Shown piece after piece: positions 8,948 through 18,409 of a DNA stretch of 64,000 nt. Position 1 is the stretch's first letter, and the number at the start of each line of letters is the position of its first letter. Both the position numbers and the translations under genes were made by a program. Below the pieces are notes generated by a model. It did no database searches, was not told the origin of the DNA, and saw only the letters and a program-made list of their open reading frames with translations. Source of the DNA: an uncultured Candidatus Saccharibacteria bacterium (GTDB taxonomy: Bacteria; Patescibacteriota; Minisyncoccia; UBA6257; WO2-44-18); NCBI GenBank assembly GCA_964637575.1, contig CAZWVU010000001.1:53009-117008 (forward strand), read 5' to 3'.

Positions 8948-9694
8948 TTATTTTACTTTATCGTAGCGGTCGGGTGTGCCGATGTCGTGCACGTAGTCGT
9001 TTACCTGAACCGGATAGCCGTAGTACGGTTCGGAGCGCTTCAGAATATCCGGCAAAAGCTGGTGATCGATCTCGTAATACCGGCCTTCCGGAATGGAGTC
9101 GAGTATTTTTTTATTGAATACGTAGATTCCCTGCATATCATAGAAATCACCCGCCGGCAGCTGCGCGTGCGGTTTCTGGTAGATAGCCTGAAACCGCATT
9201 GCGCCATCCAGCGCGGCCAGGTCGGAATCAAACGAATGTTCGGTCTTCGCGACGACATGAACTCCGAGGCAGGGCTGTTTGCTCCGGTAATATTCGATCA
9301 GCTTCCGGTAATCGACTTTGTTGAACACATCGCCGTAGACGAGAAGGAAGTCTTCCCCGAGTTGGTGTTCGAATTGTTTCAGCCCTCCGGCGGTGCCCAA
9401 GAGAACCGGTTCGTGGGAATAGGTTATCTTCACGCCAAATGCGGAACCGTCGCCGAAATACCCGGTGATCGATTCGGGGAGATAATGGAGATTGATGAAA
9501 ATTTCCCGGATTCCGTGGCGTTTCAGATGCTCGATCTGATGCCACAACAAGGGCCGGTCGCCGATGGGAGCCATCGCTTTCGGCACGGTGTTGGTCAGGG
9601 GGCGCAGCCGCGTCCCCAATCCGGCGCATAAGATAACTGCCTGCATGTGATACAAAGAATACAATAAAAAAGCTCCGATGTCTATCGGAGCCAT
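8948..9694 (-). CDS. Sugar-1-phosphate nucleotidyltransferase (HddC-like, D-glycero-D-manno-heptose 1-phosphate guanylyltransferase candidate)
   Basis: 248 aa; MQAVILCAGLGTRLRPLTNTVPKAMAPI NTP-transferase signature. Co-located with gmhA and the hddA-like kinase. Confidence 0.6.
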   Translation of the reverse strand: MAPIDIGAFLLYSLYHMQAVILCAGLGTRLRPLTNTVPKAMAPIGDRPLLWHQIEHLKRHGIREIFINLHYLPESITGYFGDGSAFGVKITYSHEPVLLGTAGGLKQFEHQLGEDFLLVYGDVFNKVDYRKLIEYYRSKQPCLGVHVVAKTEHSFDSDLAALDGAMRFQAIYQKPHAQLPAGDFYDMQGIYVFNKKILDSIPEGRYYEIDHQLLPDILKRSEPYYGYPVQVNDYVHDIGTPDRYDKVK

Positions 9695-10515
9695 TTTTCA
9701 AAATCGGTCAGGAACTGGCTGATTACTTCGTCGGTTTTGAAGTGCTGGACCATCCTGGAAAATTCGGGGAAAAACTTATACGGCACGGTCACAATGTGGA
9801 CGCCGGCAAGCATGGCGTCACGCATATCCCAGATCGTCCGGATTGAGCCGGCGATGATCTCGCAGCCGAACTTTTCCCGGTCAAACAATGCCCGGGTCCG
9901 GCCGGCCACGGAAACAGGATCGAAATCCTCTTCTCTGGCGGCGCCGCTTGCAAGGAGTTCCCGCGACTTCTGGAGCTGCGCACTGAGAAGCTCCTCGTCG
10001 CCTGGCTTTGCCTTGTTCGCCAGCGGGAAGCTGATCTTCTCCTGGATGACTTTCGGGTTTGCGTCGCGGATCCGGCCCCAGAAAAGACTGGCGTACTTCG
10101 CGCCGGCTTTCGCCGCCCACGCCGCCTGCGACACCGACATGCAGGCCGTGCAGTTCACGCTGATGCCGGACTCCGCAAAAGAACGGATGAGCGCAAGTTC
10201 GTTCCACCCAACCTGAATCTTGATGCTCAACGGATAGTCGAAGGTTTTTTTGAAATGGCGAACCTGTTCTCTGATCTGATCCGGCTCTTTCGCGAATACC
10301 TCAACGCTGAGATGGGGATACTTTCCCTGGATCCTGGAGTATTCCCGTTCGTAGTATTCCTGAAGCACGGCTACGATCTTGCCGATATGCTCCTCGAATT
10401 TGCCTTTCGGTTCTTTCGCGAGAAGCGACGGGTTGGTCGTCACGCCATCCACCCAGCCGGTTTCCAGCGCCTCCCTGATCTCGTCAAGGTTCGCGGTATC
10501 CACAAAGATTTTCAC
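9682..10515 (-). CDS. Transaldolase / fructose-6-phosphate aldolase family (sedoheptulose-7-P supply)
   Basis: MKIFVDTANLDEIREALETGWVDGVTTNPSL is a canonical TalC/FSA N-terminus. 277 aa with a C-terminal extension. Confidence 0.65.
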   Translation of the reverse strand: MKIFVDTANLDEIREALETGWVDGVTTNPSLLAKEPKGKFEEHIGKIVAVLQEYYEREYSRIQGKYPHLSVEVFAKEPDQIREQVRHFKKTFDYPLSIKIQVGWNELALIRSFAESGISVNCTACMSVSQAAWAAKAGAKYASLFWGRIRDANPKVIQEKISFPLANKAKPGDEELLSAQLQKSRELLASGAAREEDFDPVSVAGRTRALFDREKFGCEIIAGSIRTIWDMRDAMLAGVHIVTVPYKFFPEFSRMVQHFKTDEVISQFLTDFEKWLR

Positions 10516-10551
10516 GGAATCTCCTTATCAAAATATCTTCCCATAGAATAC

Positions 10552-10580
10552 ATATAAAAAAGCGGCCCGTAAAGGCCGCT
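10552..10580 (-). terminator. Intrinsic terminator after gmhA
   Basis: Stem AGCGGCC/GGCCGCT (10560-10566 / 10573-10579), loop CGTAAA, U-run on the minus strand (plus A-run 10555-10560). Confidence 0.55.
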
Positions 10581-10591
10581 TCATTGGTGAA

Positions 10592-11236
10592 TTACGAACA
10601 GGCGTTCAGGCCTTCGTAATATTCCCTGATCTTCTCCTTCAGTCCGAAGGTGATGAGGTGGCAGAGCAGGACATGAAAGGATTCCACCTGGGGTGTGTCC
10701 GACGCCGGGACGATAAGGCACACGTCGCAGATATCCTTAAACGCGCCGCCCTGATGCTTTTCGCCGACCAAGCCGATTGTCCGCCCGCCGTTATTCCTGG
10801 CATAGGTCAGCGCGCGCACCAGATTCTGGGAATAGACACCGGCTTTGTCCTGGCCGACGCCGCCGTTCACGCTGATCGCGATCACCACACCTCCCGGCTC
10901 CCAAAACGTCGCCAGCTGGGCATCGTAAACCCGGTCCCACTTCCAGTCATTCGTCAGGGCGCTGACCAGCGGGATATTGTCCACCAGTGCCGTGGCTTTG
11001 AGTCCCGCTTCGCCGGGATTCGCCACCACCGTCTTCACCAGATCGGCCGCGAGATGCGACGCCGTGGAAGCGGAGCCGCCATTGCCGACGATAAACACTG
11101 GCGACCGCTTCTGCCAGGCGGTGAAAAGAATTTCCATCGCCGCGGCGATTTCGTCCGCCCGGCTTTCCAGCATCGTGGCGATCAGCGAAGAATAGCCGAG
11201 AAAACTCTTGGCATAGGCGCGAAATTGCTCATGCAT
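10592..11236 (-). CDS. gmhA: D-sedoheptulose 7-phosphate isomerase (SIS domain)
   Basis: 214 aa; FIVGNGGSASTASHLAADL SIS motif, GmhA length. Confidence 0.7.
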   Translation of the reverse strand: MHEQFRAYAKSFLGYSSLIATMLESRADEIAAAMEILFTAWQKRSPVFIVGNGGSASTASHLAADLVKTVVANPGEAGLKATALVDNIPLVSALTNDWKWDRVYDAQLATFWEPGGVVIAISVNGGVGQDKAGVYSQNLVRALTYARNNGGRTIGLVGEKHQGGAFKDICDVCLIVPASDTPQVESFHVLLCHLITFGLKEKIREYYEGLNACS

Positions 11237-11304
11237 CGGAACTCCTCCAATTCAATGAACTAAGGAACGCCTGTACCTTAATAAAAAAACTGCCGGCGGT
11301 CAAC

Positions 11305-12093
11305 CTAGATTTTTTTGCCGCGGTCTTCCGGTTTGATACGCCGGTAGTTATAGATATCGGAAGAGGCGATCTCTTTCCGGTGCTTCGGGAATTCCCGGTA
11401 ATGATCCCAGACCGCGGAGAAAATTTTCCCGGTAAGGCCGGCGGAATCTTCAGAAACCAAAAACAGCACGAGGTCCGCGGCTTTTTGCGGGGAAACGCCT
11501 CCCTCCTTTTTTTGTTTCAGCGCCTGCTCATATTCTTTTCCCGCGGCCGCTCCCGCGCTGATGACTTCATCCAGCAACTGCGTGTTGACCGCGCCGGGCG
11601 CGATGGCGTTGACCGCGATGTTCCATTCTTTCAGCTCTTCGGCAACGGTTTCGGTAAGACGGGCGATCCCTCCCTTTGAGGACACGTATGCGGAAAAATT
11701 CGGGCGGGCTCCGTCGCCGCCGCCGACAAAATTAATGATCTTCCCGCCCCGCTCTTTCATAAGCGGCGCCATCGCCCGGATCGCGAGAAAGGTTCCGGTG
11801 AGATTGACGTCCAGCGTCTTCCGCCATTCGGCCGGATCAATGTCGGTGATTCTGCCGACAGGGCCGAGCACCGCCGCGGCGTTCACCAAGATATCCAGCT
11901 GTCCCCAGTCTTTTTTAATTCTTCCAGCCAGCGCCGCCACTGACCGTTCGTCCGCCACATCAACCGCAACCGTACCGCCGCTTCGGGAAGCAGTAAGAAC
12001 CTCGGCGCCCTGCGCCGCCAATGCCGCAGCGATTGCACTACCGATCCCGCCGTTGCCGCCGATCACCAGCGCTTTTTTTCCGGAAAGCGTCAT
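11305..12093 (-). CDS. Short-chain dehydrogenase/reductase (SDR)
   Basis: 262 aa; KALVIGGNGGIGSAIAAALAAQGAEV glycine-rich NAD(P) motif, SDR length. Confidence 0.7.
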   Translation of the reverse strand: MTLSGKKALVIGGNGGIGSAIAAALAAQGAEVLTASRSGGTVAVDVADERSVAALAGRIKKDWGQLDILVNAAAVLGPVGRITDIDPAEWRKTLDVNLTGTFLAIRAMAPLMKERGGKIINFVGGGDGARPNFSAYVSSKGGIARLTETVAEELKEWNIAVNAIAPGAVNTQLLDEVISAGAAAGKEYEQALKQKKEGGVSPQKAADLVLFLVSEDSAGLTGKIFSAVWDHYREFPKHRKEIASSDIYNYRRIKPEDRGKKI

Positions 12094-13211
12094 CGGGAAA
12101 TAATTTTTTTCTTTTTCAGATCGCTGAATGTCTTGTGAAGATACTTCTTCGCTTCGGGATACTGCCGCACCCAGGCCACATATTCGCGGACGTTGTCCGC
12201 GAATGTATATTCCGGTTTCCAGCCGAGCGCTTTCAACTTGGATACGTCCATCACCGAATGGCGCGGCGCTCCGACGCGATACTCGCCGGTAACTGGCCGG
12301 AACGGCACGCCGACTTCGCGGCAGACGGCTTTCGCGAGATCAATCACGCGCGTCGGCGTCCCACTCCCGATATTGAAGGCCTGGCCGTCCGCGCGCCGGT
12401 CTTCCAGCAAAATCAGGTGCGCGGCGGTCACGTCCTTCACATTCACGAAATCACGCGATTGCAGACCGTCCTCGTGAATACTGATCGGCTCGCCCGCGAG
12501 CGCCTGCACGGAAAAAGAACGGAGCGCGCCTGAGTAAAAATGCCGGAAAGACTGGCGCGGGCCGTGCGCGATCGAATAGCGTACGGCCACCGTCGGAATG
12601 CTGAGCAACGTTCCGAGATTGAACCCGGCTTTTTCCAGCGCCCATTTGGAAACTCCGTAGGGAATAGTTGGATTCAATTGGTCATCCTCTTCCTGCGGCA
12701 AAGGTTTGATGACTTCCCCGCCGGCCGGGCAGCGCATTTCCCATTGCCGCTGTTTGAGCTGGGTAAGCGGCCGCGGCGCCGGATAGACGATGCCGTGTTT
12801 TGGGCAGCGATATTTCCCCTCGCCATATACCGCCTGGGAGGAGGTAAGAATAATTTTTTTCACCGGCAGCTTCTGCTCGGCGATCAATTCGTAGATAAGC
12901 GCGGTACTTTTCGTGTTGGAATCGTAGTAGGTGCTGAAATCGAGATGATAATCCATGTACCCGGCGAGATGAAACACATATTCCACACCTTTCAGCGCTT
13001 TCGCCATATCCTTTTTATTTCGGACATCGCCTTTCTGGAATTCCGCGCGCGGATTGAACCAGGCGGGAAGTTTTCCGTTATGTGTCGGCGGAGCGAGATT
13101 ATCGAGTGCCCGCACCGCGTACCCGGCCTCAAGCAGGCCGTCCACCAGATGCGACCCGATAAATCCGGCGCCGCCGGTCACCAGCGCCAGACTCTTTTTA
13201 TTTCCGGCCAT
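12090..13211 (-). CDS. NAD-dependent sugar-nucleotide epimerase/dehydratase (extended SDR)
   Basis: 373 aa; ALVTGGAGFIGSHLVDGLLEAGYAVRALDNL; YxxxK region present. Confidence 0.7.
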   Translation of the reverse strand: MAGNKKSLALVTGGAGFIGSHLVDGLLEAGYAVRALDNLAPPTHNGKLPAWFNPRAEFQKGDVRNKKDMAKALKGVEYVFHLAGYMDYHLDFSTYYDSNTKSTALIYELIAEQKLPVKKIILTSSQAVYGEGKYRCPKHGIVYPAPRPLTQLKQRQWEMRCPAGGEVIKPLPQEEDDQLNPTIPYGVSKWALEKAGFNLGTLLSIPTVAVRYSIAHGPRQSFRHFYSGALRSFSVQALAGEPISIHEDGLQSRDFVNVKDVTAAHLILLEDRRADGQAFNIGSGTPTRVIDLAKAVCREVGVPFRPVTGEYRVGAPRHSVMDVSKLKALGWKPEYTFADNVREYVAWVRQYPEAKKYLHKTFSDLKKKKIISR

Positions 13212-14232
13212 AAATTGTTTCCACGATTTTCAATACTTCATACGCGTCCCGGACACCAGGCAGATTCTTCTCTCCCGACGTGAAAGCCTGGAGCTGCCGC
13301 GCGAATGATGTTTCTTTTTTTTCGTCCTTAAATATCATTATCTGCTCCGACGGCGGATTCGCAAAATCGGGATCGCGCTTCCCGATCGTTAACCGCTCCG
13401 GCCCGCGGTACCGCTGATCCAGCCCGTCAATCACCAGGTAGCCGTCGGTTCCGTAAATTTCAAAACAATGCGTCCAGTTCCAGTTCGTCCAGCTGACATG
13501 AATCGAGGCGACGTTTCCTTTCGCCGTGCGAAGCAAGGCGAATCCGTTGTCTTCGACGCCTCCTTTCCAGAACATATTTTCTGCATACCCTTCCACCTTC
13601 GGGAAGTCGCCGAGAAACCAGCGGGCGAGATCGATCATGTGCACTCCCTGGTCGATCAGCTCGCCGCCGCCGCTCATTTCTTTTTTAAAACGCCACTCCT
13701 TTTCATATCCCGGCTTGCCGCCGAACCCGTAGCGCGCCCGGACGAAAAGCAGATCGCCGATAGCACCCGCATCCGCCAGCTTTTTCGCTTCCATAAACGC
13801 GGCGTGGAAGCGGTGATTGAAGCCGATCATGTAGCGGCGTCCGGATTGTTTTTCGGCGGCGCTGATGCGCTCCATTTCTTCGGAGCTGATGGCGCCGGGC
13901 TTTTCCGAAAGTACATGCTTGCCGGCCGCGAGTGCTGCGACCGCCATCTCCGCGAGAAATGTGTGGGGGACGGCGAGAATGACCGCCTCTACTTCTTTAT
14001 CCGCGCACGCCTCCCGCCAATCCGCCACCGCGCGGCATCCGGGAACATCGGCGGCGCGCTGCTCCGCTTTTTTACGGTCAACATCGGCAATGACCCGCAA
14101 AGAATTTCCGGTTTCCCTGATCGCCGGAATCCACGAGGCGCTGATTCCTCCGGCGCCGATAAGTGCCAACTTCATTGCTTTATAGTATGTAAAAAACCCG
14201 CTGATTTCAATCAGCGGGTCAGTTTGATCCAT
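13198..14232 (-). CDS. Gfo/Idh/MocA family oxidoreductase (sugar/nucleotide-sugar dehydrogenase)
   Basis: 344 aa; MKLALIGAGGISASWIPAI N-terminal Rossmann and GFNHRFH-type region. Confidence 0.65.
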   Translation of the reverse strand: MDQTDPLIEISGFFTYYKAMKLALIGAGGISASWIPAIRETGNSLRVIADVDRKKAEQRAADVPGCRAVADWREACADKEVEAVILAVPHTFLAEMAVAALAAGKHVLSEKPGAISSEEMERISAAEKQSGRRYMIGFNHRFHAAFMEAKKLADAGAIGDLLFVRARYGFGGKPGYEKEWRFKKEMSGGGELIDQGVHMIDLARWFLGDFPKVEGYAENMFWKGGVEDNGFALLRTAKGNVASIHVSWTNWNWTHCFEIYGTDGYLVIDGLDQRYRGPERLTIGKRDPDFANPPSEQIMIFKDEKKETSFARQLQAFTSGEKNLPGVRDAYEVLKIVETIYGRK

Positions 14233-15125
14233 GTGAGCAAGTCCTGTGTCGGCTCCCAGTCGAACCAGTTCCTGGCGCGGGTGATATCCGCAAGCGTATC
14301 CGGAGGTTCTTCATAACGCGACGCCACGGATTCGGTTTCGCCTCCCACCGCCGCGGCGATCTCCGCGACGCTGTAATTTTTTCCGGCGCCGATGTTGATC
14401 ACCTCGCCGCGGCCAACGTGCGCTTCCTGATATGCCCGGAAGTTCGCCCGCGCGACATCCAGTACATACACGAAGTCGCGCCGCTGGCGGCCGTCGCCGA
14501 CGATCGTCAGCTTCTGGCCGTTTTTTTTCTGGAAGAGAAAACGTTCCGCCACGCCGGGAAAGGGAGCCCGCCCTTCCACGGCCGCGCGCGATCCATAGAC
14601 ATTGAAGTAACGCAGACAGACCGTTTCCAGCCGGCCCAGCTCGGCAAAAATCCGGCAGAGCACCTCGCCGCCGTATTTGGTGGCGGCGTAGGGATTGAGG
14701 AATTGCGGCGGAAAAATTTCCTTATGCGGCAGGGTCGGATTCTTTCCATACACCGAAGCCGATCCCGAGTAGATCACCCGACGCACGCCGGCGGCGAGCG
14801 CCGCAAGCAGGACGTTCTGGGTTCCGGCAACGTTGATCTGGAACGCGGAATCAAGATTGGCAATGCAGGCATCGATTCTGGCGTACGCGGCGCAATGAAA
14901 CACCGCCTCCGCTCCCGCGAACGCCGATTTCAAACTATCCGGATCGCGGACATCCGCCTGCCGCATTTCCACCCGAGGATTCCCTCGGAACACTTCAAGG
15001 TACGGGTTCGACTCGGCCAATACGCTGTCTACCAGCACCACGTCGGCCGGCGAAGCAATCAGCAGATACTGGCCGATGTTACTGCCGATAAATCCGGCTC
15101 CTCCGGTTACCACCAGTTTTTTCAT
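14211..15125 (-). CDS. NAD-dependent epimerase/dehydratase
   Basis: 304 aa; MKKLVVTGGAGFIGSNIGQYL. Confidence 0.7.
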   Translation of the reverse strand: MKKLVVTGGAGFIGSNIGQYLLIASPADVVLVDSVLAESNPYLEVFRGNPRVEMRQADVRDPDSLKSAFAGAEAVFHCAAYARIDACIANLDSAFQINVAGTQNVLLAALAAGVRRVIYSGSASVYGKNPTLPHKEIFPPQFLNPYAATKYGGEVLCRIFAELGRLETVCLRYFNVYGSRAAVEGRAPFPGVAERFLFQKKNGQKLTIVGDGRQRRDFVYVLDVARANFRAYQEAHVGRGEVINIGAGKNYSVAEIAAAVGGETESVASRYEEPPDTLADITRARNWFDWEPTQDLLTWIKLTR

Positions 15126-15704
15126 CTAGCACCTCCACCGGCGCCTGATAAATATTCCACTGGAAAGATGGGCAAAGATACCGGCCACGGTGGCGAGATC
15201 CTTGATCTCGCCATTCCGCACCATTTCCAGCACGCGCATCTGTCCCGCGCAATACGTCTGCACTCCCTGCACCTCGTCGCCCGCCAGTTTCTTTTTGGAA
15301 GGGCGGCAGTCAAAGGCCAGGAAAAGATGGCAGGGATTGTTCACGCGGTCGGAGAGCGGGAAAAAGTACTTGCCCACCGGCGCGATCCAGCCGGGCTCGA
15401 ACCCGGTCTCCTCGATCATCTCGCGGCAGGCCGCCTTCATCCAGGTCTCGCCTTTTTCGCGGCCGCCGGCCACCGACTCCAGTGTCAGTCCGGCCACCGG
15501 TTTGCACTGCCTGGTCAGAAGAAATGGATTCCCTGCGCCGGCCAGGCGGGCCGAAACCGACACGTATCCGTCGCTGGTGAGGCGCAGGAAGTTTTTGATC
15601 TCCCTGCCGTTGTCGAACTTCACGTCCACCACGTCAGCGGTTACCCATTTGTCGCGGTGTTTCACTTCCCGGACCGAAATTTCCCGGGTGGTCGCAATTT
15701 TCAC
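15126..15704 (-). CDS. NUDIX hydrolase (nucleotide-sugar / ADP-ribose pyrophosphatase-like)
   Basis: 192 aa; Nudix box GGREKGETWMKAACREMIEETGF. Confidence 0.65.
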   Translation of the reverse strand: MKIATTREISVREVKHRDKWVTADVVDVKFDNGREIKNFLRLTSDGYVSVSARLAGAGNPFLLTRQCKPVAGLTLESVAGGREKGETWMKAACREMIEETGFEPGWIAPVGKYFFPLSDRVNNPCHLFLAFDCRPSKKKLAGDEVQGVQTYCAGQMRVLEMVRNGEIKDLATVAGIFAHLSSGIFIRRRWRC

Positions 15705-15737
15705 AAATCCTCCTTCAATGTTCTAACGGCAAATTAC

Positions 15738-15766
15738 AATAAAAAAACCCCGACGGCAAGTCGGGG
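15738..15766 (-). terminator. Intrinsic terminator after the radical SAM gene
   Basis: Stem CCCCGAC/GTCGGGG (15748-15754 / 15760-15766), loop GGCAA, U-run on the minus strand from the plus A-run 15741-15747. Confidence 0.6.
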
Positions 15767-17299
15767 TTAGGATATGGGTTCGGCCGGATTCCAGCGGTTG
15801 CCGATGTTCTGCTTGAGCCGTTCGGCGACATAATCCCTGGGATTGACGGTCCGCCACGCCCACTCGCGCAATTCCAGCACGCGCTCGGCGGAAACGGCCG
15901 TATTCTTCATGACCGGCCGGTGCCAGTTCATCAGATCCGGATCGAAGTCCCGGGAAAGATGTCCGCCGGCGACGGCGATGTCATAGAGCGCGCTTCCGGG
16001 AAACGGGATCGGGATGAAGAAGGAGCAATATTTCGCTCCCGCATCCACCACCCGCTTCGCGTAGTCCACACTCTGCATGATTTCCGCTTCCGTCTCGTCC
16101 GGAAAACCGATCATCATGTTCACGGGACAGGTGATGCCGATCTTGGCCGCGATGCCCACCATTTCAACGATGTCCATCGTCGGCAGATGAAGCTTGCCCG
16201 TCGCATACCGGTCCAGCACCCGCTGGGAACCGGATTCCACAGGGAACGTGATCTGGTCAAATCCGGACGCGCGCAGAAGTTCCAAGTAGTCGCGGTCGGT
16301 TTCCAGCTTTCCGCTGTGTTTATTGCGGACAAGAAAATGAACAAGGTTCACGCCGTTGACGTCGGCGATCTTCAGACCGGCGCTGAGCAGGCGGCCGAAG
16401 ATATCCTTCACCCGCGACTTCTTGGCGAGAAGGCTGTCGTCTTCGAAATAGACCTTTTGCACGCCGAGATCCTTGAGGATCTGGATCTCGCGCATCACCC
16501 GGTCCACCGACTTAAGCCGGAGATTGCCGATATCTTCCTTGAACTCCCGCTCTTTGGAAATGTGGCAGTAGAGGCACTTGAACGGACAGCCGCGCGAGGT
16601 CATGATCGCCGCGTACATCAGACTTTTGTCGAGCACGGTGTCACCGTGCGGCGACGCGATGCGCGCGTACTTTTCCAGCGGCAGTTTGTGCCACGCCGGC
16701 ACCGGCAGTTCGTCCAGATCCATGCTGGTATCTTCGGGAAGGACCGGATTCCGCGCGAGAATTCCGTCCCGCCAGAAAAGCATGCCACTCACTCCGCCGA
16801 TGTCCTGCCCGCGGCTCCACAGCCGGAGCAGTTTCACGATGATCTTTTCCCCTTCAGTGGTGCAGATCGCGTCCACCAGTCCGGTCCGGAAAAACCGTTC
16901 CGGAATATTGCGGGCGTTCACGCCGCCCGCGATTACCAGAATGTCCGGACTGACCTCTTTCGCCGCCTGCGCCACTTCCAGCGCCATCCGCGTCTGCGGC
17001 GTAAAGTTGGAATGGATGGCCACCACGTTATACCCGCGCTTCGCGATCAGCTCCCGGATCATTCCGGACGTCATCCCGATGCGGGTCAGTCCGTTGGGTT
17101 GGCGCACCGCTTTGTAAAAGGTGTCTTCCAGTGTTTCCGCGGGGGAACCCACCGAAGCGTCCACCACATCATTGGCGATGCCTGCCCGATCCAGCGCCGC
17201 CGCGAGATACAGCGGGCCGAGCGAACCGTCCGGCCTTGCCGCCTCCGTCGGATTGAGCTGATTGGGCGGATACATAATAAGAACGTTGGGAGTCCGCAT
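15767..17299 (-). CDS. Cobalamin-binding (class B) radical SAM enzyme
   Basis: 510 aa; N-terminal B12-binding-like Rossmann region, then the radical SAM cluster motif CPFKCLYC (Cx3Cx2C). Confidence 0.65.
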   Translation of the reverse strand: MRTPNVLIMYPPNQLNPTEAARPDGSLGPLYLAAALDRAGIANDVVDASVGSPAETLEDTFYKAVRQPNGLTRIGMTSGMIRELIAKRGYNVVAIHSNFTPQTRMALEVAQAAKEVSPDILVIAGGVNARNIPERFFRTGLVDAICTTEGEKIIVKLLRLWSRGQDIGGVSGMLFWRDGILARNPVLPEDTSMDLDELPVPAWHKLPLEKYARIASPHGDTVLDKSLMYAAIMTSRGCPFKCLYCHISKEREFKEDIGNLRLKSVDRVMREIQILKDLGVQKVYFEDDSLLAKKSRVKDIFGRLLSAGLKIADVNGVNLVHFLVRNKHSGKLETDRDYLELLRASGFDQITFPVESGSQRVLDRYATGKLHLPTMDIVEMVGIAAKIGITCPVNMMIGFPDETEAEIMQSVDYAKRVVDAGAKYCSFFIPIPFPGSALYDIAVAGGHLSRDFDPDLMNWHRPVMKNTAVSAERVLELREWAWRTVNPRDYVAERLKQNIGNRWNPAEPIS

Positions 17300-17337
17300 A
17301 TCACCTCCGTGTATTTCTCAATGTGCGGAATTACTGT

Positions 17338-17376
17338 ACAAGAAAAAAAGAAAACTGGCAATTACATGCCAGTTTT
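17338..17376 (-). terminator. Intrinsic terminator overlapping the stop of the GHMP kinase gene
   Basis: 10-bp palindrome AAAACTGGCA / TGCCAGTTTT (17351-17360 / 17367-17376), loop ATTACA containing the stop codon, followed on the minus strand by CUUUUUUUCUUG. Confidence 0.5.
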
Positions 17377-18360
17377 GGGGGAAAAATCCGGATCAATCGC
17401 CACACTGCCCTGATAGTCGATGGCAAAATGGACGCGCCTCAGTCCGCGCGCGGCCAGCGCGAACGCCATGCGCGCCCGGTCCGTCGGATCGGGACAATAG
17501 AACATGAGGTAGCCGCCGCCACCCGCGCCGATCAGCTTGCCGCCGAGCGCGCCGCACTCCTTCGCGGTTTCGCAGGCGGCGTCAAAATCCGCCGTACTGA
17601 TTTTGGAAGACATCTTCTGCTTAATCCGCCAGTGGGCGTCAAGCAGGCGCCCGAACTGATCAAGGTCGCCTTCTTCAAACGCCCGGAGCACCGAACGGCC
17701 GATTTCCTTCGTCCGGTGTTTCAGCTCAAGCACCGCCGCCGCATCCTGCTCTTTGAGAATGTCTTTGCTCGCGCCGGGGCGCTTGATGCCGGTGTAGAAA
17801 AACAGGGTGTTGCTCAAAAAGCGCTCCGTGGTTTCGCGCGCGATCGCGGGCTTCCGCACTGCGACCCCGCCGTCACGTCCGATCTCGAGCACGGTAAATC
17901 CGCCGAACGCCGCCAGATACGGATCCTGTTTGCCTTCGTGTCCGCGGATGCGCTCGGTAATTTCAAACGATTTTTCCGCGAGAAACTCCGGCGTCTTCCG
18001 CTCCCCTTTAAGGGCGAAAAGAGTATTCAACAGGCCCAGTGCGTAACTTCCGGAGGAACCAAGCCCGGTGCCGGCCGGCGAGTCGGCGTTAAAGGTCACG
18101 CTCACCGCCCGGTCGATTCCGGCGATGCGCAGCGCCTCGCGGCCGATTTCGTGGTGAAGGGAATTCACCGAATCCACGACTTCGCAGTCCGTGTAATGGA
18201 ACTGGATGCGGTCGTCCAGCGCCAGCCGCTTGGCGAAAATGTGGACGTAGGACTGAATGGCCACGCCGAAGATGAATCCGCCGAACTTTTCGTAATACGA
18301 AGGGAGGTCGGTCGAGCCGCCTCCCAGAGGAATCCGGAACGGCGTTCTCGAAATGATCAC
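17362..18360 (-). CDS. GHMP sugar kinase (HddA-like D-glycero-D-manno-heptose 7-phosphate kinase candidate)
   Basis: 332 aa; MIISRTPFRIPLGGGSTDLPSYY (PxGSGLGSS-type GHMP motifs, GTGLGSSGSYALG). Confidence 0.65.
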   Translation of the reverse strand: MIISRTPFRIPLGGGSTDLPSYYEKFGGFIFGVAIQSYVHIFAKRLALDDRIQFHYTDCEVVDSVNSLHHEIGREALRIAGIDRAVSVTFNADSPAGTGLGSSGSYALGLLNTLFALKGERKTPEFLAEKSFEITERIRGHEGKQDPYLAAFGGFTVLEIGRDGGVAVRKPAIARETTERFLSNTLFFYTGIKRPGASKDILKEQDAAAVLELKHRTKEIGRSVLRAFEEGDLDQFGRLLDAHWRIKQKMSSKISTADFDAACETAKECGALGGKLIGAGGGGYLMFYCPDPTDRARMAFALAARGLRRVHFAIDYQGSVAIDPDFSPKTGM

Positions 18361-18409
18361 AACACTCTCTCTTTCTCAATGTAAAAAAACTATCCCAATA
18401 GTAGCCGAA

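Noticed and set aside
11237-11304. Candidate terminator between gmhA and the SDR gene
   Set aside because: There is only a GCCGGC self-palindrome with no loop and no convincing U-run.
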